A stretch of DNA of 39,053 nt from Prasinococcaceae sp. CCMP 1430 (taxonomy: Eukaryota > Plantae > Prasinodermophyta): NCBI GenBank assembly GCA_013416795.1, contig RQSC01000314.1, forward strand, positions 79,251 through 118,303, in the 5' to 3' direction. This document shows, in pieces, positions 8,320-20,000 of the stretch (positions are counted from its first letter, which is position 1; each line of letters opens with the position of its first letter). The notes under the pieces are model-generated. The model saw only the letters and a list, made by a program, of their open reading frames with translations. It ran no database searches and had not been told where the DNA came from. The position numbers and the translations under genes are program-made.

Positions 8320-10710
8320 ATGCGGCGCCCGGCACGTGCCAACCCCCGCCCCGCCCGCGGGCGGCGGGCGTTCGCGCCGCTGGCTGCGGCGGCGGGCGCG
8401 CTGCCGCTGCTGGCGCTGTCCGTCGCGCCACGAATCCTGCAATTGGCTCCCGCGCGCGCGGCAGCCAGCAGTAGTGTCGAGCCCATAGGAGGATGGGCGG
8501 GGCGCAGGGCTCTCGCTGCTGTGGGTGCGGCGCACGCCGATGGCGGGAGGGACAGTGATGTCGACGATGGCTTCGAAGCGTTTGCGGCCGCCGCCGCGGC
8601 GGCCGTCGTGGCGCCCGCCCTCAGGCCGCACCGCAACGTGTCTGAGGAATGGGCGCGCTGCCCCTCATTGCTGCAGCAACTCAGGGAGTTCGCATACCAC
8701 GCGCACACCGCCGCATTGACTGTGGGGGGCGAGAGTGTGGGCTCGGAGGGCGGCGAGGCGGCCCCGAGCACGGCGAGCAGCGCTCTCTCTGCCTCCGAGC
8801 GGCGAAACGGTGCGTGTCGCCAGCACTCCCGCTCACCGCCCGTCAACCATCCGCTGTTGTCCCTCTCAACATCTCGCTGAGTCGCTGACCCTCGGCGCCC
8901 TCTGTTCCCCATCGACACACGCACCACGCCTCCCAACGTTGCTTTGCCAACCCTCTGCGCCCCTCTCGCCCAGCATTTCTGTCGGACCTGGTGCACCGGG
9001 ACTGGCTGTATCCAAAGCGTACCAACCAGCTGGACAACATCGCGAGACACGTCGTGCTCGACTCGCGGAGTTCGGTGTGGGCGAGGGGCAGTCTGCACTC
9101 GCCCGACGACGGGCGCGTGATCAAGTGGCGCGACAGGGGTGCGCTGGTGTACGTGCACGCGCCCCCTTGGGATCTGAGCCATTGCGAGCTCAAGTGCGTG
9201 CTCATGCGGCAAGTGGTAGACGCAGCGCTCGACCCCGATCCCCGGGCGGGCGCCTTCGTGCTGGTCGGTCCGTTCGGCGACGGTGCGAATTTGGGCTTCT
9301 TCCAATCAGACGACACAGATATTGCATACCGCCGCCCCTCTTGGGCGGGCTTCGAGGAGGAGGTCAGGCGCTGCATGGGCGAAGACGCCGGCCGCCTGCG
9401 CGCCGCGCTCGACTCGCCAAACAGCAAGTTGCTTCGCTGGTACACGGTCGACAATCCCTACGCCAATCGCAGCCCGAGGATGGCCTCGCTTCCCATCGGC
9501 ATTGGGAACCACTTGCTCGAGCACTTCGACGTGTGCGTGATGCCCGGGCTACCGATCACTTCTTCGAAGCGGCACGCGCGCGCGTGCAGTGGGAACTACG
9601 GTGGCGACTCGGGCGCGTACGCCGCTGCCTCAGATGCCCTTGCATCTTCCGTTGCGACTCCTGCGAGGCGAGCACAATGGCCAGAGCCTGACGGCTTGCT
9701 GCTGCCAATTGATGCCGGCGACATCGGCGCGGTGCCACCTCCCTTGACGGGGAAGGGCGCGGAGTGGACCTCCGATAGCGGCGCGGGGGGGCTGTCAGAC
9801 AGCTCAGGGTATGTCGATCGCCCGCAGCTTCTCGGCCTCACGTTCGGCGGCAACGATACGGACGCCGCGTACGGTTCGAAAGGCGGCGCATCGGCAAACA
9901 AACCGCGCGTTTCGTACAGAGGTGCGCTGCAGCGCCGGTGGCATCACCTGTTCACCAGCGACACAGAGGCCACGCCAACGACCTACGCCCATAGTGGCAC
10001 GGGTGCGCTCAGAAATACGTACATGCGGACGCTACAGAGGTGCGCAAGCCCGCCTGCGCGCGCTTAGCAGCGCGGAGCGCCGGAGGCGCCGCCGGCGCTC
10101 GCTCGATGCTGTCTCTCCCAGGTCCTTCGTCCGTGTGACCCTGCTTTACACAGCGCCTGACAGCGCGCGAGCGTACACGCGACGATGCAGCGCGAAGTAT
10201 GTGCCTGCGCCTCTCGGCTACGGCGCCGATTCGTATCGCGTGTGGGAGGCTCTGCTGCTCGGTGCGGTGCCCGTGGTGGAGAGGCGGGGATTCGAGGATC
10301 TCTTCGAAGGTCTCCCTGTGCTCGTGGTCGACAACCTCTTCACCGACGTATCCAAGTACCTCCTCGAGAATGAGTACCATCACGTGCGCTGCCCAAAAGA
10401 CGCGGTTTCCGAGGAGGGCGCAGGTGGAGTGCGGAGGCACAAGTGGGGAAAGCTCACGCGCAGCTACTGGGTGCGCCAGATGCTCGCCGATAGCCGCAGA
10501 GCGCTTTCGTCGAGCGCAGCCGTAGGCGCGGGAAAGGGCGCGGCGCAGCCCGTGGATGAGGTCTGGCTGGAGCGCACGCTGGCCATTCATCACAAAAGAG
10601 ACCGCGATCATGGTGGCGGCGATGACATTCTCGTGGGCGGCGGCGAGATGACGCCTGAGCAATGCGAGGCCTGGCGCACGGAGCTCCTCGCGTTCGAGAG
10701 CATGCCTTGA
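8320..10710 (+). CDS. Exostosin-like (GT47-type) glycosyltransferase, type II membrane topology; join(8320..8809,8974..10039,10191..10710)
   Basis: Basic N-terminus and a hydrophobic anchor (AFAPLAAAAGALPLLALSVAP). Motifs LRWYTVDN, LPIGIGN and, after splicing, YMRTLQSAKYVPAPLGYGADSYRVWEALLLGAVPVV...FEGLPVLVVD. Introns 8810-8973 (phase 1) and 10040-10190 (phase 2) have GTGCG donors, CTGAC branches and CAG acceptors. Confidence 0.8.
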
Positions 10711-10886
10711 CTGTGACACAATAGTGAGCGACCGCGCGCGCACACCTGCCGTGTATTTGCCAGAGGAACCTGCGCGCAGAGTAATGCAGCCAAATTCAAC
10801 CGCGCGCATACGCGCGCGCGCCCCTCACACACCCGACACGCCGACCCACAACAATCGCACAGTGTACAAACCATGGTTTTGATAAA

Positions 10887-10891
10887 TTACA
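10887..10891 (-). terminator. TGTAA poly(A) signal candidate for TRRAP
   Basis: TGTAA on the minus strand about 145 nt after the TRRAP stop. UGUAA is the known chlorophyte near-upstream element. Confidence 0.45.
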
Positions 10892-11032
10892 GCCCTCTCG
10901 ATCTTGGGCCGCAGCCTGCCGACCTCGGGCCACACACAGCCCCTCTGAGCCAGGCCGCCTCTCTCGAGTCAACTGGGTCAGCTCTCTCGACCCCGAGACA
11001 TCTGCAGCAGCCATGCAAAGGGCCCTCGCGAA

Positions 11033-14000
11033 TCACATCCACGGATGCCACACGGCGTCCATGCTGACAATGTTCGCCGGGTTGATCGCCGCGGCCACCA
11101 GCTCCGCCACGCCGGCATGCACGGGGGGTACCGACAACTGCCCTCTCTTTGCCCCTCCCGCTGGTGGGCCCGCACCGCTGCTCCTGCTGGGCACGCATTT
11201 GGCCAGACTCCCGGCGACGCTCGACGCGAGCGCGAGCGAGCGCTCGCGCACGAAGCCGGGCTCGAGCGGTGGCGTCGGGTTGGGCGGCCCCTGCCCGGCG
11301 GCCGTGGCGGCGGCCACAGCCTGCTGTACGCGCCCATCCCACGTGACGACCTCGTCGCGGAAGTAGAGCGCGAGGAAGTCGCGCAACTGCGACTTGCGCG
11401 GGTCGCCGAGCACGGCCTGCGCGCTCGCGGCCATTGACGCCACCAGCAGCCCCTCCACGCCGAAGGGCGTTGCGAAGCTCTGGAGGTTTCTCGTGAGCCG
11501 GAAGGGCACAGCCTCGGGCTGCTCGAGGTTGCAGGACCTGTCGAGCTCCACGCGGAAGTCCGCATGCATGAACGAGCCGCCGCGGCGCGAGAAGAGCATG
11601 CGCGCGGGCGTGCGGCCACCCACACGCAGCGCGCTGCCTAGCAGCGACCACAGCGCCAGCTGCGAGGTGAAGTGACGCTTGAAAATCCACAGGTGGGTGC
11701 CGTTGGGGATGGTCTTGTAGACGTACTGGTTCAGGAGGTTCTCCGATATGAGCTTGCTGCTGATGTCCTGGTACGCCTGCTTGCGCGCGGCCATCAGCGC
11801 GGGCGCCGCCGCCGCCGCGTCGCCGCGGGCCGACGACGCGGCCTGGGAGACGACGTCCTTGAAGTAGACCACGGGCTGGTCCGGGTCGCGCCCGTAGCGC
11901 GCGCAGTGCAGGTTGTAGACCTCGCCGAGCGAGACGGTGTCGGCGTCGTCCTCGACCATGCGCACCTGCGGCCACACCGGCACCACCACCGGCAGCCGCA
12001 GCGCGAGCCTTCGCCGCCGGCACTCAGGGTGCTTTAGCAGCAGGCGATTGACCGCACGCAGCAGCTGCAGCGCGCGCTCGTCGCCGCGCTCGCTCGTCTT
12101 GACGCTGGTCTGGACGATGAAGTGAGCCACACGGCCATCAACGCCCACCAGGCCCACGCGGCGGTGCGAGGCGTCGCGGCGCCGCACAATGGGCACGTCC
12201 GCAGCGAAGTGCGACAGCTTGGCGGTCAGCGAGACGTCCACATCGCTCCCCGAGGGGTCGAGGTACTGGCCGGGCATCTCGAGGTCGCGCGCGCGGTAGG
12301 CGGCCAGGACGGGCGACTCGACCTCAAGGCGCAGGCTCGTCGGGATGCGCGCGCGCACGTCCTGGCGCAGCACAGAGCGCCAGCGTTTCAGCCGGCGCTG
12401 CAGTCCTCCGAGCGTCGAGGCGAACTTGTCCGCCGTGGTAAAGTCGGCCTCGAAGCACTCCTTGTACCGCTTGGCAAAGCTGGCGTGGCGCTGGCACGCC
12501 TCGTCCGAGAAGCACGAGCGGCCGAGCACGCCCAGCTCCTTTGCGAAATTCGGCGGGGGCGGGCTGTTCGACGAGGCCTGGTGCTTGAAGCAGCGAAGGA
12601 GGAAAGCGTCGATGATGCCCAGCAGCCGCTCCTCCGGGCGCGGGTTGAACTTCGAGCCCAGCTCGGTGAGCACGGCCTCGAGCTCCAGCGACAGCGCCCC
12701 GTGTTGCTGGCGCAAGCGCTCCATGCACTCCTTGGCGGCGTCGAACGCGCGCGCCTGGGCGACCACGTGCTGCGATGCGGGCTTGCCCTGCTGCGCCATC
12801 TGCGCGCTGCGGGCCATCGGCTGGCGCTCGAGCAGGGACGTGCGCAGCGCGCAGTAGAGGGCCTGCGGGTAGGCGACCGCCAAGCGACCCAGGATGTTCC
12901 TGGCGACGCCCTCCTCGGCGCGCTGTAGGCCTACCAGCAGCTGTGGGATCCAAGGCAACCACACGTGGAGCGGGATGATGTCCAAGTAGCCACTGAGCGC
13001 GTTCGCCGCCAGGTTGCTGCCGCCAGCGCAGGCATCGAGCGCCACCATGCTCATGAGCCTGGTCGCGGCAGCGCGCTGCTTGGATGAACCCGCACGCGCC
13101 GCCTGCGCGTACGCCGCGACGGCGTGCTCGAGCCAGCCGCTCGCGGAGCCCGCGTTCGCCTCGGATGACATCTTGTCGCAGTGAACTGCCCACGAATGCC
13201 AGCCCTTCGGGAGGCGCTTGAAGATGCTCACGGCCGTGGAGAAGGCCTGGCGTGCGCCCTCGTTGTCCCCCTGCGCCTGCAGCATCTCGCCGCGAAGCCG
13301 GAAAATCTCGGCCTTGTGCTGCCCGGGGAAGTACTCGAGGTTCGTCGTATTGAGAAGGTTCATGCCCTGCTTGAGCTCCGCCGGTGGTCCCAAGTGCGCC
13401 TTCGCCTGCTCACAGATCTTGACGAAGGCCTCCTGCACCTCCATCGTGGCGAAACCGTACATCTTGTTCAGGACTGACACGCACACGCGCGACATGCCGT
13501 GCTTGCGCGCGATGTGCGCCAACCGGTTGACGCTCCACGCCTTGTCGCGGAAGCCCAGCTGGTGCAGCGGCGGATTCACCGCGTGGAAGTCCTTGAAGGC
13601 GTTAATCACCACATTGTGCATGTGGCTGCGCCAGTGCACCATCTCGGACCAGCGCTCGACGCTATCCCACTCGTTCGGGAGGCGCAGGCGCCACGTCTCC
13701 AAGATGTCCTTGAGCTCCGTGCATGCGTGCTGCTGCGAGCGTGACGCGTGGCCTATCTCGACCAGCACGCGCGCACTCTCCTGCAGCTCAACCAGCTGCT
13801 GGAAGCGGAAGAGCAGGTCGGCGTGCGCCTGCACACCGACCGGCGGCAGCGCCCACCAGCGGTGCAGCGCCAGCAGCACGCCCTGCCGGACTGCCGTGTC
13901 CCCCGCCTCGACCGATCCAGCTTGAAGAGCGGCTCGCGCGGTGACACACTTGAGCGCCGGCGTCTCCTCGCACTGCGCCTTTGGGAAGACTGACTCGCGC

Positions 14001-17000
14001 AGCTGCTGCCAGTCGCCAAGCTTCCACAGCGACTCGAGCTGCATCTCGGAATGGTCGATCACGCGAGCAAACTCGGCCACCTGGTCCCACTGGTTCAGCT
14101 GGCGGGCACACTGCACCCAGCTGTCCTCCCAAAGGCAGATCTCGGCCTTCTTCATGGCCTCCTGGAAGTTGCCGTCGTATACCTGCGTCAGGCAGTTGCT
14201 GAAGACGTCCTGTGCGCGAGCGTACATGCCGTGTTGCATGAGTGCCAGCCCAGACGCCGTCTCCTTGGCATTGCAGCGCTTGCGCCAGAGGCCTGCGATC
14301 ATGTCGTGCTCGCCCAGGAGGCGATACAGATCCGCGAGCGCGTCGAAGCAGCGCGTGTCCTGCGGGAAGAGGTTGACGTGGCTCTCCAGCATCGGGATGG
14401 CCACGTGCCAAGTGTTGTACGTTCGGCCTATGAAGCGGATCAGCTCGCTCGGCACCTTGGGCTGGGGGAGCGAGAGCGAGATGCTTTCCAGAAGCGCCTG
14501 CATCACGTTCGGCCGCTGCTGCGCCTGCCTGAGATGGCATTCCTTGGAGAGGAGCGCGATCATCGGCTTCACGACTTGCACTTGGTTCTGCTTGTCGAGC
14601 GCTGCCCAGGTTATCGGGAAGAAGATGACCCACAGCGAGCACGACAGCTGCGCGTCCGAGTGGGCGATTTCCTCGAGAGGCTCGATCAAGTCCTCAACGC
14701 ACAGCGAGCTGAGTGATGACAGCCACGCCGAATGCTGCTCGAAGAGTTCCTCCAGGGGGCTGGCCGCTGACTCGGCCGGCGCGCCGCCACTCTGGTCGTC
14801 CCCCTTACCCTCTTCGGCGCCTTCATGATCCGGTCCGCTGCTCTTCGGTGCCGCATCCACGTCCATGCCTTCCGGTTTGCCACCCTGGGTGTCCTCTTTC
14901 GCCGCGGCCGAGCCCGCGCCCGCCGGAGGCTGCCGCTCTTGCGCCTGCGGTGCCTCCGCGCCCGCCGCCGCCACTCCGATGGCAGGCATGGCGGCGGAGT
15001 TCGGAGCCAGCGTGATCGGCTCCTTTTTCTTGAGGATGGCCAGGAGCAGGCGAACGGCCTGTGTGAGCCAGAAGGTCGAGCTCACGGCCTCCCATTCCTG
15101 CTGGCCAACGATCGCAAGCAGCCGAGCGTACAGCTGAGTGTCAATGGCAGCGTGATACCTCTCGAAGAACTTTCGGCGAACTTCCGGGTCGTTGGCGCGT
15201 AGACCGATCATGAAAGCGCGCTCCACCTTGTCGAAGGCGTCGCGCCTGAGATCGGCTGGCACGGTCCCGACGCCGTCGTCAGCCTTCACGCCTTGCTTGG
15301 CGCCTGCTTTGACGTCAGCCTTGGCATCACCCTTGGCGTCGGCCTCGGTACCGGCTTTCGCGCTGGTCGGCGGACCGTTCGAGCCCGCGTCTACCTGCAC
15401 CGCGGCACTGCTGGGATCCGGAGCACAGGCGAGGTCCTCAAGCAGCCGAAGGAACTCGTCCTTCCAGGCCCGCAGCCGGCTCTGGTCCTTGCCCCTCTGT
15501 GCCTCACGCCGAGCGACGTTCTCGGTGTCGGCGCGGTCGATGGACGCGAGGCGCTGCAGGAAGAGGACAACCTCGTTCGTTTGGAGCGCTCCGGGCGACC
15601 CAATTTTCCCGCCGGTGCGTAGCCATTGGCGCAAGACGGCGAGCACAGCCATCAACGCGTTTGGATCGGTGTCACCTGTCTGGATGAGCAGCACGAGCGC
15701 TTGCAGGAATCCCTTCTTCAGCGCCGGATAGCGTGGCATCTGTTCGCACAGCAGCAGAAGCAGCCGGCGCACGTTGTCCAACGCCGCTATGGAAGGCGGG
15801 GCGTTCAGCTGCGCTGCTGCTGTGTGCGCGTCGAACTTGAGACGCCAGAGGCGCTCCTTGCCGTAGCGGTGCAGCAGCTTGAGCGCCGCTGCCATCAGTC
15901 TTCCTACACGCTGCGAGAGCGGCGTGAGAGGCGCGGCGATGGACATGCTCATGGCCGGGTTTCCCACTGCCCCACCACCGCCACCCAACGCGACGCCGTC
16001 GACCCTCTTGTTGACGTCGGGCAGGAGGCCGCGCTTGGATACCTCCTCCATCAGCGCAATCAGAATCTGCGAGGCACAGATCGCCTGCTTCGTGCCCGCG
16101 CAATGCTCCGTGGGCGGCGGTGGCAGAGGGTTGCCCTGTGCCTGCGCTTGCGCCTGCCGCGCGCTCGCCTCCGAACCGCTCAAGAGATGCTGGACGGTGA
16201 ACTCCTCGAGCTTCTGTTGCAACGTGTCGAGGCCTGTCTGCGGCGGCACGCAGCTAACCGACGCGCATACGCTGGCAAGCGGGCCGTGCAGCACGGGGTC
16301 GCAGACCTGGAAGCACCGCTGCAGCACGTTGCCGATCTGCTGCAGATTAGTGTGCGTCCCCGAGCTGCTCTGCGCCAGGAGAAACGCGGAGCCCTGGGTC
16401 TCGAGCGCGGCGTTGTAAACATGCAAGACGGCCAAGAGAACCGACGTGGGTACATTCTGGTGCTGGAAGTGCTTGTCGAGGTAGTTCAGCCGAATCGAAG
16501 TGGCCGGCCACATCTTGACGACGCGCTGGAAGATTGCAAGGGCGTGGGGATACAGTGCAGTGACCTCGCGGTCCTTTCCCTTCGCCTCGGCCGCTGCGAA
16601 CATCATGCGCGTAAGGAAGGACATCACGAGCTCCTCCATGGCCGCGTTGAGGGACCAGTCGCTAAGCTTTCGCTGCTTCTGCTTCTGCTGCTGCGGCTGC
16701 TGCTGCGCCTGCTTGCCATCGGCTGCGGCCGCTCCACCAGCAGCATCGACTTCCATCGCCGCGCCCCCTTCCGCCCCGTCACCGGCAGATGCAGCAGCTG
16801 TTCCTGCGGCTTCCGCACCGGCCTGCCCGCCGGAGGCAGCGGCATCCTTCGTCTTCTTCGCATCCGGTTCGGCGTCGGCAGCCGCAGGGCCGTCCTCACG
16901 CTGGCGCTTGGAGCCCGTGGCCGAGTCGCCAGCGCCGCCCTCGGCGCTGCCGACGGACGCGGCAAGCCTCTTGCGCTTGACCTCCCAGTCGATCACGAGA

Positions 17001-20000
17001 GTAACCAGGTCCAAGGCAAGGCGCCTGTTTTCGGGCGGCGCATTGGTTGGCAGGCCGAGGCGGCTGAGAGTATTGATGATCTGGGGCACAAACTGCGCAC
17101 GCGACTCGTAGAACAAGTCCGGGTGGCGGACGACCAGCTGCCAAATGTGGATCAGATGCGGCATGCTATGGCTCTCCTCAACGAGAATTTTCTTGGTGTA
17201 GCGGATCCATATAGGGAAGCGGTGTTCGCCGCTGGAAAGCCGCCGCGGCAGCGCAGGGGCGAGCACATCGAGCGCCTTGCGCACCAGCGCGCGTCCCTCA
17301 GGCTGGCACGCCCGCAGAAGAGCCACAAAGACCTGCAGGATGATCTTCTCTGGCGCCTGGTACACCTCTAAGAAGTGACAGACATTGACGAATGCCCACT
17401 GCTTTGAGCTGCAGCCATCGCGCTTGAGGTGGTTCCAGCCAAACTTGATGAGCTCCTTCCGGTGCGGAGTAAGCTCGTTTGGCATCTTGCGGATCAGCTC
17501 AGTGGCAAGCTGGAGGAGCTCGACGCGCAGCGACTCGCTGTAGTGCGCAGACACGTCCTCGGCGGGGTCCAGCAGCGTCGATACGATGCCGCTCACGATC
17601 TCCGCGTCCACGACCTCGCTTGCCCTGTTCTCGCTTCCCTCGCCCGTGATGGCCTCAATGATGGGCAGCACGATGTGCTGCAGACCGAGCACGAGCTCGG
17701 ACTGCGGCAGCGCCCTTTCCTTGAAGATGGCAAGGAACTCGGTGAGCACTGCGCGCTGCTCCGCGGCCGAGTACTTCTTGGCCACGTCCTCCGAAAAGAG
17801 CTCGCGAACGAATGTGTAGTCGACGCGGGAGGACACCGTCAGCGCCGACAGCAACTTGAAGAGGAGCCTGTTCCGCGTGCGGTCCTCACGCACACAGGCG
17901 ACCAAGCAGTGCAGCAGACGCTCCGATTCGTGCACCTGGTGCTCGGGTAGGCGCTCCTCGTCTTTGATCCGCTCGCGCCTGGACGGATCTGCCCACGCGG
18001 CACAGACAGCATCGAACAGGCGCGGGTTTTCCAGCAGCCAGCGCGGGCTGAGCCTCACCAGCTCGGCGATGAGGCCTATGCCCTCGAATCGTGCCGGGTG
18101 GGCCGATGTCAGCGCGGTCAAGGCACCAGCACCACCCATCGATCCCGGCGCAGGGGCGTCGGTGTCCATGGGCTGCGCTGTGCCCTGTTCCTTGTTGCCC
18201 GCATCCGCTGCGGCGCCTTGCGCCGTCGCCCCTGCGCCAGCGTTGGCAACGGTGGGTTGCCCCCCGGCCTCAGTGGTCGTGACGACCGTAATGATATCAC
18301 CTGTCGGACCGGTGTTGGTGGTGGTCGCGACAACTGTCGAACCCGCCACGCTGCCACTTGGTTCCTGCCTTTGGCCGAACGTCACCGCCAAAACCTTGTC
18401 AGCGCTTTTGAGCAGCTCCTCAAGCAGCTCTTTGCCCTCCGGCTTTGCGATGACGCTGACGAGCCTGCGGTACTGCTGAGGATCGCTGAGCTTGTCGAGA
18501 AAGTAGTCGACGCTTTGAGAGGAGTACTTGCACAGGTACTTGGAAAGCGGTGCCTCAAGGATGGAACACACCTCCGACGGCAGGTCGACTGCTGGGAGCG
18601 CACGCTCGAGCCCGTCCACGAGCGGAACGAGCCGAGGCAGGAACTCCTGAGCCACGTCGGGCAGCAGGTGAAAGAGCTCGATGATCGCAGCGGCCACCTT
18701 AGCATCCTCGCCCGGCTTCCACGCAGTCTGATCGGCCGCGAGGCGCTCGGGGTACATCCAGCGCTCGAGATGCTCGAGCAGCTTCTCGCCGAGGGACTTG
18801 TTGAACCAGGCGCTCAGAAGGGACAAGAGGTCGGCCAGGCCATTCAGGAGCGGAAGGTTGAGCGTGCGGTAGGTCGCCAAATTGAGCAGGATAGGTCGCA
18901 GCGAGCTCTGCAGCAGCTCCTTGGGCAGGTTCTTGCGGTCGAGCGCTGTCTGAATGCCCTTCTTCGCCGGAGCAGCCACGTCATCCCGCCCACGGATTAG
19001 GCAGAGGAAGAAGACAGATACAGCCTTCGAGCGGAGCTCAACAGGCGCGGGGGCAGGGGGTGGCTGGGCACCTGGGTTGGCAGGCACAGGCGCAGGCATG
19101 AGCGCCTGGGGGATGGTCATTGTAAGGCTGTCAAGCGCCAGCGAAGCCGCCAGCATGCGCACCGCCGCAAGCGAAACCGCCTCGAGTGCCGGCGTAGCGC
19201 GCGTGTTCTTGCCCCCAGTCGCTAGCATCTCCTGATCCGCAGTGATGAGCGCCTCGCACAGTATTGGAACCACCTTCTCATCGATCGCCACCAGGGGCGG
19301 CGTCTGCTCCATGCAGAAAGTGAGAGTGTCGGCGAGGCCAGCCTGTTCAGCGAGGGGGCGCGAGGAGAACGGGCGCGCGAGCACTTGCTTCAGCTGGTCC
19401 TCCAGGTAAGGTTCCATCAGCTCCTTCACGCTGACGTCCCTCACCCTCGCGGCGTGCTGCAACCCTTCAATGCACGCGTCGCGGCACGCAGGCACGGTCG
19501 CTGGCGTCAGAAGCTTCACCGCCATCGCCTTGCACAGCTCCGCGAGGTATTTTTGTGCCTCCTCAGACAATGCGGCGGGCGCATCGGATCCGCCCGCCTC
19601 GCCCTCAGTTTGCGCGTCGTCCGAGCCATCCTTCTCCTTGTCCTCGTCCGAGCCATCCTTCTTCTTGTCCTTTTCCTTTCCGTCGCCTGCCTTGGCCTCG
19701 GGCTGCTTGTCACCGCTGGCTTCGACCGCGGCGGGCTCCGTCGCCGCAGGCACAATCCGCGCAGGAAAGGCCGCGGCCATAAGGCCCTGCAAGTTCTTGC
19801 GCGCAGCTTTGATGAGCTCCATCGGCGCCGGCATCTTGCAGAAAGACAGCACATGGAGGTACGCATGGATTGCAGGCACTGCAAGCTCCAAAGACAGCAG
19901 GTCGAGGTCACGCAGGCACAAAATCGCCATCCCAAGCAGGCGCGTGCTCGCGACGCGCCTCGCCCAGCCCTCCTCGTAGCACGCGTGCGACAGCCGGGCA

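Noticed and set aside
7725-8631. N-terminal part of the 1003-aa ORF in the track
   Set aside because: It runs through the promoter island and antisense to the GT47-like exon 1. The spliced model from ATG 7724 gives a proper signal peptide.
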